Assembly: GCA_001799615.1 (NCBI GenBank)
Contig: MGTU01000008.1
Coordinates: 194,749 to 258,748, forward strand
Length of the DNA stretch: 64,000 bases
Source of the DNA: Elusimicrobia bacterium GWA2_61_42
Lineage (GTDB): Bacteria; Elusimicrobiota; Elusimicrobia; Elusimicrobiales; UBA9959
Direction: 5' to 3'
The stretch's first letter is position 1; each line of letters opens with the position of its first letter. The position numbers were made by a program, and so were the translations under genes. The notes under the pieces were generated by a model. That model had not been told where the DNA came from. It saw nothing but the letters and a program-made list of their open reading frames with translations, and searched no databases. Shown in pieces: positions 36,372-44,920 of the stretch.

Positions 36372-36408
36372 ACGCGCCCGGGGAAGTTCCCCGGGCGCGT
36401 TTATTTGT
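36372..36408. terminator. Bidirectional intrinsic terminator between convergent genes
   Basis: ACGCGCCCGGGGAA / TTCCCCGGGCGCGT perfect stem, flanked by an A-rich run upstream and TTTATTT downstream. Confidence 0.8.
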
Positions 36409-36442
36409 CCCCAAGGCGCGGGGGCAACGGCGGTTGCGGCGC

Positions 36443-36805
36443 TTAACCTTCGCGGCGCACGGTTTCGAAAGAGAAGGCGGGCAGGCAGATGGCTATATAT
36501 TCCGCGCCTTCCGGGCCCGGCGTGGAATAGCGCACCCGCTCGCCCGGCTCCATGATAATGGCCTGGCCGCGGTTTACGTCGTAGGTCCCGGCCTGGGTTT
36601 CCACTTTAAGGGTGCCCCTGAGCACCAGGGTATACTCGGTGAAGCGGGGATTCTGGGGCGCCTCCTCCCAGCCGGCCGGGCTTACCATGCGCGCCACGCT
36701 GATGGTGGTGGTCTTGGAATTGACCCGCCCGATATATTCCTCGATGATCTTGGGCTTGTTGCCCGCGGCCTGCACTATAATAGGTTTTTCTATGAACTGA
36801 GCCAT
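36443..36805 (-). CDS. Cupin-domain protein
   Basis: 120 aa with a small beta-barrel pattern (ARMVSPAGWEEAPQNPRFTEYTLVLRGTLKVE...GQAIIMEPGERVRY). Confidence 0.7.
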   Translation of the reverse strand: MAQFIEKPIIVQAAGNKPKIIEEYIGRVNSKTTTISVARMVSPAGWEEAPQNPRFTEYTLVLRGTLKVETQAGTYDVNRGQAIIMEPGERVRYSTPGPEGAEYIAICLPAFSFETVRREG

Positions 36806-36959
36806 GCGCCCTCCCGCAAAATCCGTATCCTCTTGATTTTACCAAAACCCGCGCCAAAAAAAAGAGCTGCCGTCGTATTTACTATAATATAGTCATGAAA
36901 AAAGAAACTTTGGTCCCGGGCGCCCCGACGCGCGTACTTTTGCCCGGCGGCAGACCTCT

Positions 36960-38480
36960 ATGATGGCCAACACTTTTACCAAGAACCTGTTCATGACGCG
37001 CAGGACCAAGATCATCTGCACCATTGGTCCCGCTTCCGAGAACGAGGCCTGCGTGCGCGACCTGATCAAAGAAGGCATGAACGTCGCCCGCATAAATTTC
37101 TCGCACTGCGCTTACGAAGAAGCCCTCAACAGGGTGAACATCCTCCGGAAGGTCCGCTACGAACTGGACGTGCCGCTGGCCATCATGCTGGACACCAAGG
37201 GGCCGGAGGTGCGCATGTTCGGCTACAGCAAGCCAGTGCTCCTCTCCAAGGGCGACACGCTCCACGTGGAAAGCACCGACAAGCAGCCCGAAGAGGTCCA
37301 GGAGCTGCCGGCGGAAAAGCGCCATTTCTACACCAACCTGCCGCGCATAGACAAACTGTGCCAGGTGGGCACCCGCGTGCTGCTCCAGGACGGCTTCATA
37401 GAGCTGGAGGTCTCGCAGCTGCATAGCGAGTGGCCCGGGGCCGTTACCCTGCGCGTCCTCAACGACGGCAGGCTCAAGGACAAGGCGCACCTGGCCATCC
37501 CCGGCGTGCATTACCCTATCCCGTTCCTGTCCGAGAAGGACCGCAAGGACATCGCCTTCGCGGTGGAGAACCGCTTCGAATACATCGCGCTGTCCTTCGT
37601 GCGCACCGCCAAGGACATCACCGACGTGCGCGAGATCATCAGGAGCGTAAAGGCCGATTCGCCCATCAGGCTGATCGCCAAGATCGAGGACAAGCAGGCC
37701 CTGGCCAACCTCGACGATATCATCCGCGATTCCGACGGCATCATGGTGGCCCGCGGCGACCTGGGAATAGAACTGCCCATCGAGGAACTGCCGAACCTGC
37801 AGAAGACCATCATCAACCGCTGCTACCTGGCGGGCAAGCCCGTGATCGTGGCCACGCAGATGCTGGAGTCCATGACGGAAATGACCTATCCCACGCGCGC
37901 CGAGGTGACCGACATCGCCAACGCCGTGCTGGAGCTGACCTCTTCGGTGATGCTGTCCGGCGAGACCGCCAAAGGCGCCCACCCGAAGCGCGTGGTGAAC
38001 ATGATGGGGCGCATCATCGACCGCACCGAATCGTCCATCGACTACCACACGCTGGCGCGCATCACGCACGACTACGTGGACCGCGACGACATCACGAACA
38101 TCATGGCTTACAGCGTGGTGAACACCGCGCACGACTGGAACGCCAAGGCCATCGCCGTGGTGACCGACACCGGCATCGGCGCGCGGGCGCTGTCCAAGTT
38201 CCGCCCGGGCGTGCCCATCTACGCCTTCACCCACCATGAGACGCTGTATCACCAGATGGCGCTGAACTGGGGCGTGATCCCCTTCCTGATGAAGAACCCC
38301 GAGACCCTGCGCTTCAGCGAGGTGGCGGGGAAGATCATCGACCAGCTGCTGGAGAAGAGCGCGATCGAGAACGGCGACAAGCTGATCTTCATGGCGTCGA
38401 GCCCGTTCGGCAAACGCCGCCCGACCAACACCATCCGCTGCGAAGTGGTGGGGGACACCACCTTCCACGAAGCCACCTGA
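36960..38480 (+). CDS. pyk: Pyruvate kinase
   Basis: RRTKIICTIGPAS, MNVARINFSH, MVARGDLGIE and ATQMLESM are pyruvate kinase motifs. The true start may be Met12 (36993, MTRRTKIICTIGP). Confidence 0.93.
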   Translation: MMANTFTKNLFMTRRTKIICTIGPASENEACVRDLIKEGMNVARINFSHCAYEEALNRVNILRKVRYELDVPLAIMLDTKGPEVRMFGYSKPVLLSKGDTLHVESTDKQPEEVQELPAEKRHFYTNLPRIDKLCQVGTRVLLQDGFIELEVSQLHSEWPGAVTLRVLNDGRLKDKAHLAIPGVHYPIPFLSEKDRKDIAFAVENRFEYIALSFVRTAKDITDVREIIRSVKADSPIRLIAKIEDKQALANLDDIIRDSDGIMVARGDLGIELPIEELPNLQKTIINRCYLAGKPVIVATQMLESMTEMTYPTRAEVTDIANAVLELTSSVMLSGETAKGAHPKRVVNMMGRIIDRTESSIDYHTLARITHDYVDRDDITNIMAYSVVNTAHDWNAKAIAVVTDTGIGARALSKFRPGVPIYAFTHHETLYHQMALNWGVIPFLMKNPETLRFSEVAGKIIDQLLEKSAIENGDKLIFMASSPFGKRRPTNTIRCEVVGDTTFHEAT

Positions 38481-38501
38481 ACCGCCGAAAACGGCGAAAA
38501 A

Positions 38502-38530
38502 AGAGCGCCCGGCGGGGGCGTTCTTTTTTT
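38502..38530 (+). terminator. Intrinsic terminator after pyk
   Basis: AGAGCGCCC ggcg GGGCGTTCT followed by TTTTTTT. Confidence 0.8.
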
Positions 38531-38595
38531 ATACCGGCGCCGCTGACCGCGATACGCGCGGTTATCTTTGATATACTACGCAGAGGGGGGGAGCA

Positions 38596-39408
38596 ATGAA
38601 AAAATTCGATACCGGACAGACCTGGATGTCTTACGCCGCGGCCGGCCCGGAAAAGGGACGGCCGGTGATGTTCCTGCATGGCGTCACCGTGGACCATCTT
38701 TCGATGAAGAACACCTTTGAGCCGTATTTCCGCGGCGCTAACTGCGGATACCGGCGGGTCTATCCGGACTTTCCGGGGCACGGGGCCTCTGACTGCCCGC
38801 TGGGCAGGGCCAACATGCGGGCGCTGCTGGAGGATACCGCGGCGTTCATCCGCGGCAATTTCGAGGAACCGCCCGCCCTGGTAGGCTACTCGCTGGGCGG
38901 GTTCGTAGCGCTTAAACTGGCGGAGCAGATCCGCTTTCCTTCGCTTTTCCTCATAGCGCCCCCGGTCCGCACGAACAAGGCCAGCATCACCAGGCCCTCC
39001 GCGGTCACCCTTATCACGGACGAGCTGACGCAGGCCCAGAAAAAAACGGCCGACACCCGGTACCTGGCGCTGGCCGCCAAGAGGACCGCGGAGACGCTGA
39101 AAAGATACAATTCCGGCGTCCCGGGAGACTTTTCGCCCGGCAGGCTTACCTATCAGACCCTGCTGGCCAGGAGCGCCGCGGGCGACAACCTCGGCATAAG
39201 ACCGGCAAGCATAGAATCCAGCACCACGTTCCTGGTGGGGCAGCAGGATACGCTGAGCGGCTACCGGGACCAGTTCAAGCTGTCTACGAAACTGAAGAAC
39301 AGCGAATACCATTCCTTCTACGACTGCGGCCATTTCCTGCCGCATGAATGCGGGCAGTTCGAGTCGCTGTTCCGGGAGTGGCTGCGGCTGGGCGGCCCCG
39401 CCGCCTGA
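38596..39408 (+). CDS. Alpha/beta-fold hydrolase
   Basis: 270 aa. FLHGVT oxyanion region, GYSLGG nucleophile elbow and a C-terminal CGHFLPHE His motif. Confidence 0.8.
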   Translation: MKKFDTGQTWMSYAAAGPEKGRPVMFLHGVTVDHLSMKNTFEPYFRGANCGYRRVYPDFPGHGASDCPLGRANMRALLEDTAAFIRGNFEEPPALVGYSLGGFVALKLAEQIRFPSLFLIAPPVRTNKASITRPSAVTLITDELTQAQKKTADTRYLALAAKRTAETLKRYNSGVPGDFSPGRLTYQTLLARSAAGDNLGIRPASIESSTTFLVGQQDTLSGYRDQFKLSTKLKNSEYHSFYDCGHFLPHECGQFESLFREWLRLGGPAA

Positions 39409-39468
39409 ACGGGGCAGGCCATAAACCATAAGGGTAATCTGCGGGATGGCGTGACTTTAAACCGCGCT

Positions 39469-39497
39469 TTGCTTAACCGGAACCCATTTGTTAGAAT
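39469..39497 (+). promoter_or_regulatory. sigma70-like promoter TTGCTT-17-TAGAAT
   Basis: TTGCTT at 39469-39474 and TAGAAT at 39492-39497. It lies upstream of the SD GGAGG and the ATG at 39542. Confidence 0.55.
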
Positions 39498-39541
39498 TCT
39501 TCGATAGCGCTGGCGGTCAATATCTATCCAGGAGGCGGAAT

Positions 39542-40396
39542 ATGAATAAACGGATCTGGCTTACCTCTTTAGCGGCGGCACTGCTGCTCCCGGCACTGGT
39601 TTCCGGCGCTTACGCCGGCGCCCGCCCAAAGCTCAAGCTGCAAAAAGGCACCCAATCGGTGACCTCCGTCAATAATTCCTCCGTCTCCAATTCCTCCGGA
39701 AGCTGGAAAGGAGAAGCCGCCCACACCGGCGGCGCCGGCATAACCTTCGGGGGCAGCATGGCCCCGGCCACCGGGGGGTCCTACGGCAGCTCTTCCACAA
39801 AGGGCGGTTCCGCGTCCGGAGGAGGAGGGGGAAGCCAGGCCCAGACGTCGTCGTCCGGCTCCGGCTCGTCCAACCCGGGCACGTCAGGCGGCGGCGCGGT
39901 GAACCAGAAAGTCGTCTTCTCCTCTAAAAGGAACGGCGTTTCCGAGAAAAGTTTTTTAACCACCCAGCTTATCTACGGCGTGGTTTACGGCCTCGGCCCG
40001 AACAGCACCTACAGCTGCGCCTGCCCCAAGCTGAGCGGCGCCTGCGCCGACCGCGGCACCTGGACCAAGCTGCCCAACCCGGAGTGGTCTTACGACTCCA
40101 CCGACAAAACCTGGCGCATGGCGGCCGTGCTGAACGGCATCCCCGCAGGGTCTTACGAACTGGCCTTCGAAGACCGGGCCAGCGGCGCGCAGACCGGGTT
40201 CGCTTACCTCGACCTTACCAGCCCCCGCAGCGTCGGCTGCCGCTGGAACTCGCCTGACCCCGTGGTCGGGCCCTGCTCCGGGCCTTACGTCAACAACCGC
40301 CTGCTGGACTGCACCGCCAACAATAACGGGCAGGTTTTGAACACCCAGGACTCCGGCCAGAGCTGCCCGGCCAGGTGGACCTGCACCTGCGGTTAA
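39542..40396 (+). CDS. Secreted protein: signal peptide, Ser/Gly-rich linker, Cys-rich C-terminal domain
   Basis: MNKRIWLTSLAAALLLPALVSGAYA is preceded by GGAGG. A roughly 100-aa S/G/N low-complexity segment is followed by a domain with 10 Cys that ends CPARWTCTCG. No family recognised. Confidence 0.65.
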   Translation: MNKRIWLTSLAAALLLPALVSGAYAGARPKLKLQKGTQSVTSVNNSSVSNSSGSWKGEAAHTGGAGITFGGSMAPATGGSYGSSSTKGGSASGGGGGSQAQTSSSGSGSSNPGTSGGGAVNQKVVFSSKRNGVSEKSFLTTQLIYGVVYGLGPNSTYSCACPKLSGACADRGTWTKLPNPEWSYDSTDKTWRMAAVLNGIPAGSYELAFEDRASGAQTGFAYLDLTSPRSVGCRWNSPDPVVGPCSGPYVNNRLLDCTANNNGQVLNTQDSGQSCPARWTCTCG

Positions 40397-40407
40397 CTTA
40401 TTCCAAA

Positions 40408-40440
40408 AGAAGGGGCGGGCCCGACGGCCCGCCCTCTTCT
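40408..40440. terminator. GC-rich hairpin between convergent transcription units
   Basis: AGAAGGGGCGGGCC cgac GGCCCGCCCTCTTCT. The minus-strand reading is followed by TTTTGG. Confidence 0.5.
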
Positions 40441-40553
40441 GGGTCTCAACTGTACTGCCTCAACCGGGGAGAAACCCCGTCCCCAATTATAATATAGCTC
40501 CCAAAAACGCGGATTTCAAGGGCCCTTAGGGCAAGAAATACGCCGCGGCGGCC

Positions 40554-41237
40554 TTAAGCGCCGTGGACCTTGCCGTCGCGTATCTCCAGCAGGCGGTCGG
40601 CCGAACGGGCCAGGTCCAGGTTATGCGTCACCATCACCACCGTGATGCCCTGCCGCGCCAGCCCCCGAAGTATCCCCTTTATCTCCTCCGTTCTTTTGCT
40701 GTCCAGGCTCCCGGTCGGCTCGTCGGCGAGCAGGACCTTGGGGCCGTTGATCAGCGCCCGCGCTATCGCCACCCGCTGCATCTCGCCGCCGGAAAGCTCC
40801 CCCGGCAGATGCCCGCGGCGCTGGGCTATCCCCAGCAGCTTCATGACTTCATGGGCGTCCTTGGCTCCCGGGGCCCGGTAAAAAGCCCCGGGCAGCATTA
40901 TATTCTCTTCCACCGTCAGCGTCGGGATAAGGTAGAACTTCTGGAACACGTAGCCGAACATCTCCCTGCGGATAAGGGTCAGCTCCCGCTCCGACAGAGC
41001 CTTCTGCCCGCCGAAAATAGCCCGTCCCCCGACGCTAAGAGAACCGGAGCTGGGATTGTCCAGGCAGCCGATCAGGTTCAGCAGCGTAGTCTTGCCGGAG
41101 CCCGACGGCCCGATAATGGCCACCATCTCCCCTGCGGCGGCCTCGAAACTGACCCCGTCCACCGCCCGCACCTCTTCCGCGCCGCGCCGGTAGATCTTGC
41201 TCAGGTCCCCGGCGGAGATCACGATATCTTTAGCCAT
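40554..41237 (-). CDS. ABC transporter ATP-binding protein, LolD/MacB type
   Basis: Walker A GPSGSGKT, signature LSGGEMQR and Walker B LLADEPTG. Last gene of the Fur-headed operon. Confidence 0.93.
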   Translation of the reverse strand: MAKDIVISAGDLSKIYRRGAEEVRAVDGVSFEAAAGEMVAIIGPSGSGKTTLLNLIGCLDNPSSGSLSVGGRAIFGGQKALSERELTLIRREMFGYVFQKFYLIPTLTVEENIMLPGAFYRAPGAKDAHEVMKLLGIAQRRGHLPGELSGGEMQRVAIARALINGPKVLLADEPTGSLDSKRTEEIKGILRGLARQGITVVMVTHNLDLARSADRLLEIRDGKVHGA

Positions 41238-42427
41238 TATTGTTCTCCCTCTATGCGGATAGCCTCGAGCGGGCGCACCCGCGCCGCCCGCCAGGCGGGA
41301 TAAATGCCGCTCAGCAGCCCGCCCGCCGTTATCAGCAGGAATGCCGCGCCGCTGATGCCGAAGTCCAGGGCGATAAGCGCGCCGTTGGGCGCGTAGGGCA
41401 GGAAGTACCGCACCCCGGCTTCAGCCAGGCGCGCCGTCACGAAAGCCAGCCCTATGCCGGCCGCCCCGCCGAAGCCGCAGAGGAGGGCGGTCTCCATCCA
41501 GATCATCTTAAAAACGTCCAGCGGCATGGCGCCCATGCTCTTGATGATGCCGATCTCCGCGTAGCGCTCCATCACCGACATCAGTATGGTATTTATAACC
41601 CCGGCCATGGCTATGATAAGAGCTATGCCGGCAATGCCCATGACTATCACGCGCGCGCTGTTCACCAGGTTCATGATAGTGGTCTTCACCTGCGCCATGG
41701 AGACCACCTGCACGTCGGGCAGGTCATAGAGCTTGTTCTCGAAGGCGTTTATGTCCGCGTCCTTTTTTACCTTTATGCCCAGGCCGGTGATCAGCCCTTT
41801 CTTGTTGAAGAGCGCCTGCACCGCCGTGATGGGCAGGAAAATGGTGCCGTCGTCCTGCGTGCCCGAGCGTTTGAGCACGCCCACTACGGTGATCTCCTTT
41901 TCCACGCCGGGGATAAGAAGTTTGTCTCCCACTTCGCGGGTCTCCAGCTCGGCCGCCTCGTAGCCCAGCACGGCCTCCAGGGCGTTGTTGTCTTTGAACC
42001 AGCCGCCCTGCTTGAATTCCAGGTAGGCCTTCATGGGGGGATAACTTACGGCATCCACGCCCAGGTAAGCGGCTATGGCGCCGTTCTCGCCTTTGTCCGG
42101 GTCGAAAACCCCGTGCATCAGCATGGGCGTTACTTTCTCCACCTCGGGATTGGTGTAGACCGTCTTTACCACCGCCTCGGGCATATAGCGCAGCCCCGTG
42201 CCTCCCTTGAGCATCAGCGTCGCCGCCTCGTAAGGGCAGCCTTTGGCGGTGAGCAGCACCTGGAAGCCCATGTTGTCTATGTCGCGGTTGAGGCCCTGCT
42301 GGTAGCCTTTGTTGAAGCCGAGCAGCGTGGCGAGGACCCAGGCGGACAGCATTATGCCGCCGGCGGCCAGGGCGGTGCGGGTTTTCTTGCGCAGCAGGTT
42401 CTTATAGGCGATAGAATATACGTTCAT
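41237..42427 (-). CDS. ABC transporter permease, FtsX/MacB type with a large periplasmic domain
   Basis: 396 aa. TM1, then a periplasmic segment of about 220 aa, then three C-terminal TM segments (FtsX-like). Shares one base with the ATPase start. Confidence 0.88.
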   Translation of the reverse strand: MNVYSIAYKNLLRKKTRTALAAGGIMLSAWVLATLLGFNKGYQQGLNRDIDNMGFQVLLTAKGCPYEAATLMLKGGTGLRYMPEAVVKTVYTNPEVEKVTPMLMHGVFDPDKGENGAIAAYLGVDAVSYPPMKAYLEFKQGGWFKDNNALEAVLGYEAAELETREVGDKLLIPGVEKEITVVGVLKRSGTQDDGTIFLPITAVQALFNKKGLITGLGIKVKKDADINAFENKLYDLPDVQVVSMAQVKTTIMNLVNSARVIVMGIAGIALIIAMAGVINTILMSVMERYAEIGIIKSMGAMPLDVFKMIWMETALLCGFGGAAGIGLAFVTARLAEAGVRYFLPYAPNGALIALDFGISGAAFLLITAGGLLSGIYPAWRAARVRPLEAIRIEGEQ

Positions 42428-43041
42428 TTTTCCTTCTTTGAGAAGACGAACTCGTCGAGCAGTATGAGGTTCTTTTTCACGGCGCGCAGCACGGAGCCGA
42501 AATCTTTGCCGGCTTTAGCCGGGGCTTTTATCGCCGAGGCCCCGGCGGCCGGGGGGAGCTTCGCCAAAACCGGGTCGTAGGGTTCAAAATCCCTGAGCGC
42601 GAGGCCTTCGAATTGCGCGCCGAATTCTTTGGCGCGCAGGCCTTTGGCGGCGCGCGACGTGAGCTTCTGTATGTAAAAAGCCCTTATCACCCCCGCTTTA
42701 TCCAGGGCCAGGAAGACCTGTATCCCGCCGTACTCGCCCTTCTGATTGACGCCGTGGATGTAGCCCACTATCTCCTTGCCCTTATAGATGTCGTACAGGG
42801 TATAAGGAACGTCGATGGTCTCATAGAGACCCTTGAATTTATCGCCCAGCCGTTTCTCCACGCGCTCGAGCAGGGGCTGGCCGCCGGAGGTCTTAACCGA
42901 AAGATAACGGGTTTTGTACCCTGTGGAACCCGGAAAAAGCCGGGCCACGTCGCGGTCCGGATCGTTCAGGTCGCAGCCCACGGCCGCGAAGGCGGCTCTG
43001 GGAAGAGCCAGGAGGGTCAAAAGCAGAAATAGTTTTTTCAT
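42424..43041 (-). CDS. Exported FMN_bind-like domain protein (no flavinylation motif seen)
   Basis: Signal peptide MKKLFLLLTLLALPRAAFA. The core YIHGVNQKGEYGGIQVFLALDKAGVIRAFYIQKL resembles FMN_bind (GyGG.I.v.v..d..G.I). The domain call is tentative. Confidence 0.7.
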   Translation of the reverse strand: MKKLFLLLTLLALPRAAFAAVGCDLNDPDRDVARLFPGSTGYKTRYLSVKTSGGQPLLERVEKRLGDKFKGLYETIDVPYTLYDIYKGKEIVGYIHGVNQKGEYGGIQVFLALDKAGVIRAFYIQKLTSRAAKGLRAKEFGAQFEGLALRDFEPYDPVLAKLPPAAGASAIKAPAKAGKDFGSVLRAVKKNLILLDEFVFSKKEK

Positions 43042-43050
43042 AAGCGCCTT

Positions 43051-44028
43051 CTAGACGGGCAGGTAATAGTAGAGCTGGGTTACCGCCCTCTTGTCGTTCA
43101 TCCTGTCCTCGTATTCTAACAATGCCCGCCAGGTCAGGTCCGGGGTTAAGGCGTAGGAAAGCCCGGCGCCCAGCGCCCAGCCTTCCATAGCCTCCCTGCC
43201 TGAATAAACCGCCTGCCACTCCAGTTTAAGCCGGTTCTCTTCAAGGAGATTAAGCCCGAGGCGCCCCAGCCCGGCCAGGTAGCGCCTGCCGCGCATATTG
43301 CCGCCGCGCAGGTCCGCCCGCAGTTCCCAGCGGTCCCAGAGCAAAGCGTAATCCGCCCCGACGGCGCTGTAGGGCCTTTCCTCTCCGTCCAGCACCCTGT
43401 AGCCCGCCGTTTCGGGGACCTTGCCCAGGGAAGCGTAGACCCCGGCGGCATAATTGTCCCGGTTCAGAACCCCTTTTGCGGCGCGCCCGGAAACCAGGTA
43501 ACTGCCGGCGGAGCGCGGCCGCATGCCGGAACCGGTGGTCACCGAAAGAGCCGCGTCGCCCCACTCCAGGTCGCGGCTGGCGCCCAGTCCCCAGTCGCGG
43601 TCGAAACCATAGCCGTACATGGGCAGGGCCTGCAGCAGCGCCGCGTGCGCGTCGAAATAGGCTTCGAGCCCGGCGGCCGGCCGGTTATGCCCCAGCCACA
43701 AATAACCATAAGGGGTTTTGGCCCTGTAATAGGCGTTGTAAAGCTGCGGCTCCAGCCTGTTGGGGGCGTCGGGGTCATAAGCCAGGCGGCCCTGCAGGGC
43801 CAAAGCCCCGGTATCGCCCGAAGCCGAGGAGAATTTGCGCAGCAGGTCGAAACCCGCCGAAGACTTCTGCATGACCTCGCCCGGCGTCATGGAATGGTAG
43901 ATCGCCGACTTTTCCATGGAAGAGTAACCGGCCACGCCCTGGGCTTCCAGGTACAGCAACCCGGAGCCGGCAAAGACCGGGGCCGCCAGGCCCAGCAGGC
44001 TAAATACTAAAAAGGACTTTACCGGCAT
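43051..44028 (-). CDS. Porin-like outer-membrane beta-barrel protein
   Basis: Signal peptide MPVKSFLVFSLLGLAAPVFA. Repeated amphipathic alternating-residue strands rich in Y/G/L/A/R. No named family recognised. Confidence 0.65.
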   Translation of the reverse strand: MPVKSFLVFSLLGLAAPVFAGSGLLYLEAQGVAGYSSMEKSAIYHSMTPGEVMQKSSAGFDLLRKFSSASGDTGALALQGRLAYDPDAPNRLEPQLYNAYYRAKTPYGYLWLGHNRPAAGLEAYFDAHAALLQALPMYGYGFDRDWGLGASRDLEWGDAALSVTTGSGMRPRSAGSYLVSGRAAKGVLNRDNYAAGVYASLGKVPETAGYRVLDGEERPYSAVGADYALLWDRWELRADLRGGNMRGRRYLAGLGRLGLNLLEENRLKLEWQAVYSGREAMEGWALGAGLSYALTPDLTWRALLEYEDRMNDKRAVTQLYYYLPV

Positions 44029-44446
44029 AGATCTCCTTGTCGCCCTGTCTGACGCGTATGACCAGCTGCCATTCTCCCGGCATTACCACGTCCACCGGCA
44101 GCAGGTAATCGCCCTTCTTGCTGAGCTTGAACTTGACCGGGCCGGAATCGTGGTAGGGCATAGAAGGCATGCCGGACTCGCCGACTATTTCGGCGGTCTT
44201 TTCCCTGCGGCCGTCTTTGCCGAACAGCCGCACCTTGATGATAACGGTGCCCAGTTTGGGTTTATCGGCAAACTGCCAGGTAAACCAGCCGCCGCCAGGC
44301 AGCGGGTTCTTCTTTCCCTGGGAGGCCAGGGCCGTTGCGGCGGCGGCAGCGGGTTTGGCTTTCGGCAGCGCCTTGCCGGGCTCCGCCGCGCTCACGGCGC
44401 AGAACAGCAGCGGCAGGAGCACAAGGACGGACGGGATATTTTTCAT
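44000..44446 (-). CDS. Exported YtkA/FixH-like Ig-fold domain protein
   Basis: Signal peptide. The C-terminal half GTVIIKVRLFGKDG...GESGMPSMPYHDSGPVKF...GDYLLPVDVVMPGEWQLVIRV matches the YtkA-like pattern (MPxMxH...G.Y...mpG.W). ATGA overlap with the regulator stop. Confidence 0.7.
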   Translation of the reverse strand: MKNIPSVLVLLPLLFCAVSAAEPGKALPKAKPAAAAATALASQGKKNPLPGGGWFTWQFADKPKLGTVIIKVRLFGKDGRREKTAEIVGESGMPSMPYHDSGPVKFKLSKKGDYLLPVDVVMPGEWQLVIRVRQGDKEIYAGKVLFSI

Positions 44447-44898
44447 ATTTTACTCCTGTCTTTTTTAGCGCAGCGGGAACAGTTGCCATAAATATCCAGG
44501 CGGTAGCCCGAGGGGGAAAAACCGTGCCGGGCCGCCAGGCGGGCCTGCAGCCGCCCCATGGCCGGGTCCGAGATCTCCACGATAGCGCCGCAGGAAACAC
44601 AGACAAGATGGTCGTGGCGGGGCCCCGGGCCCGCCGCCTCGTAGACCGCCGGGCCGTCCGCGGGCTTCAGCTCGCGGGCCTTGCCGCAGCCGCAAAGGCA
44701 TTTAAGGGACCGGTAAACGGTGGCGATACCTATCCCCGGGCGTATTTTCCCGGCAAAGCGGTGCACCTCTTCCGCGCTCAGGTGGGGGCCGCCTTCGGAA
44801 AGAGCGCGCAGCACGGCCCCGCGGCGGCTGCTGCAGCGTTTGCCGGAGGAGCAGCCGCAGTCCGGGCCGCAGGAACAAGACTTAATGGTTTTAGTCAT
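44443..44898 (-). CDS. Fur-family metalloregulator with a Cys-rich N-terminal extension
   Basis: Fur-like core ...TVYRSL...HDHLVCVSCGAIVEI...CSRC. The N-terminus is MTKTIKSCSCGPDCGCSSGKRCSS. The track start (TTG 44946) is actually the promoter -35. ATG 44898 is preferred; ATGs at 44922 and 44916 lie inside the Fur box. Confidence 0.85.
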   Translation of the reverse strand: MTKTIKSCSCGPDCGCSSGKRCSSRRGAVLRALSEGGPHLSAEEVHRFAGKIRPGIGIATVYRSLKCLCGCGKARELKPADGPAVYEAAGPGPRHDHLVCVSCGAIVEISDPAMGRLQARLAARHGFSPSGYRLDIYGNCSRCAKKDRSKI

Positions 44899-44901
44899 AT
44901 T

Positions 44902-44920
44902 GATAATGGTTATCATTATC
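44902..44920 (-). promoter_or_regulatory. Fur box, 18/19 match to GATAATGATAATCATTATC
   Basis: The minus strand reads GATAATGATAACCATTATC. It overlaps the -10 TATGAT and ends 4 nt before ATG 44898. Confidence 0.85.
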
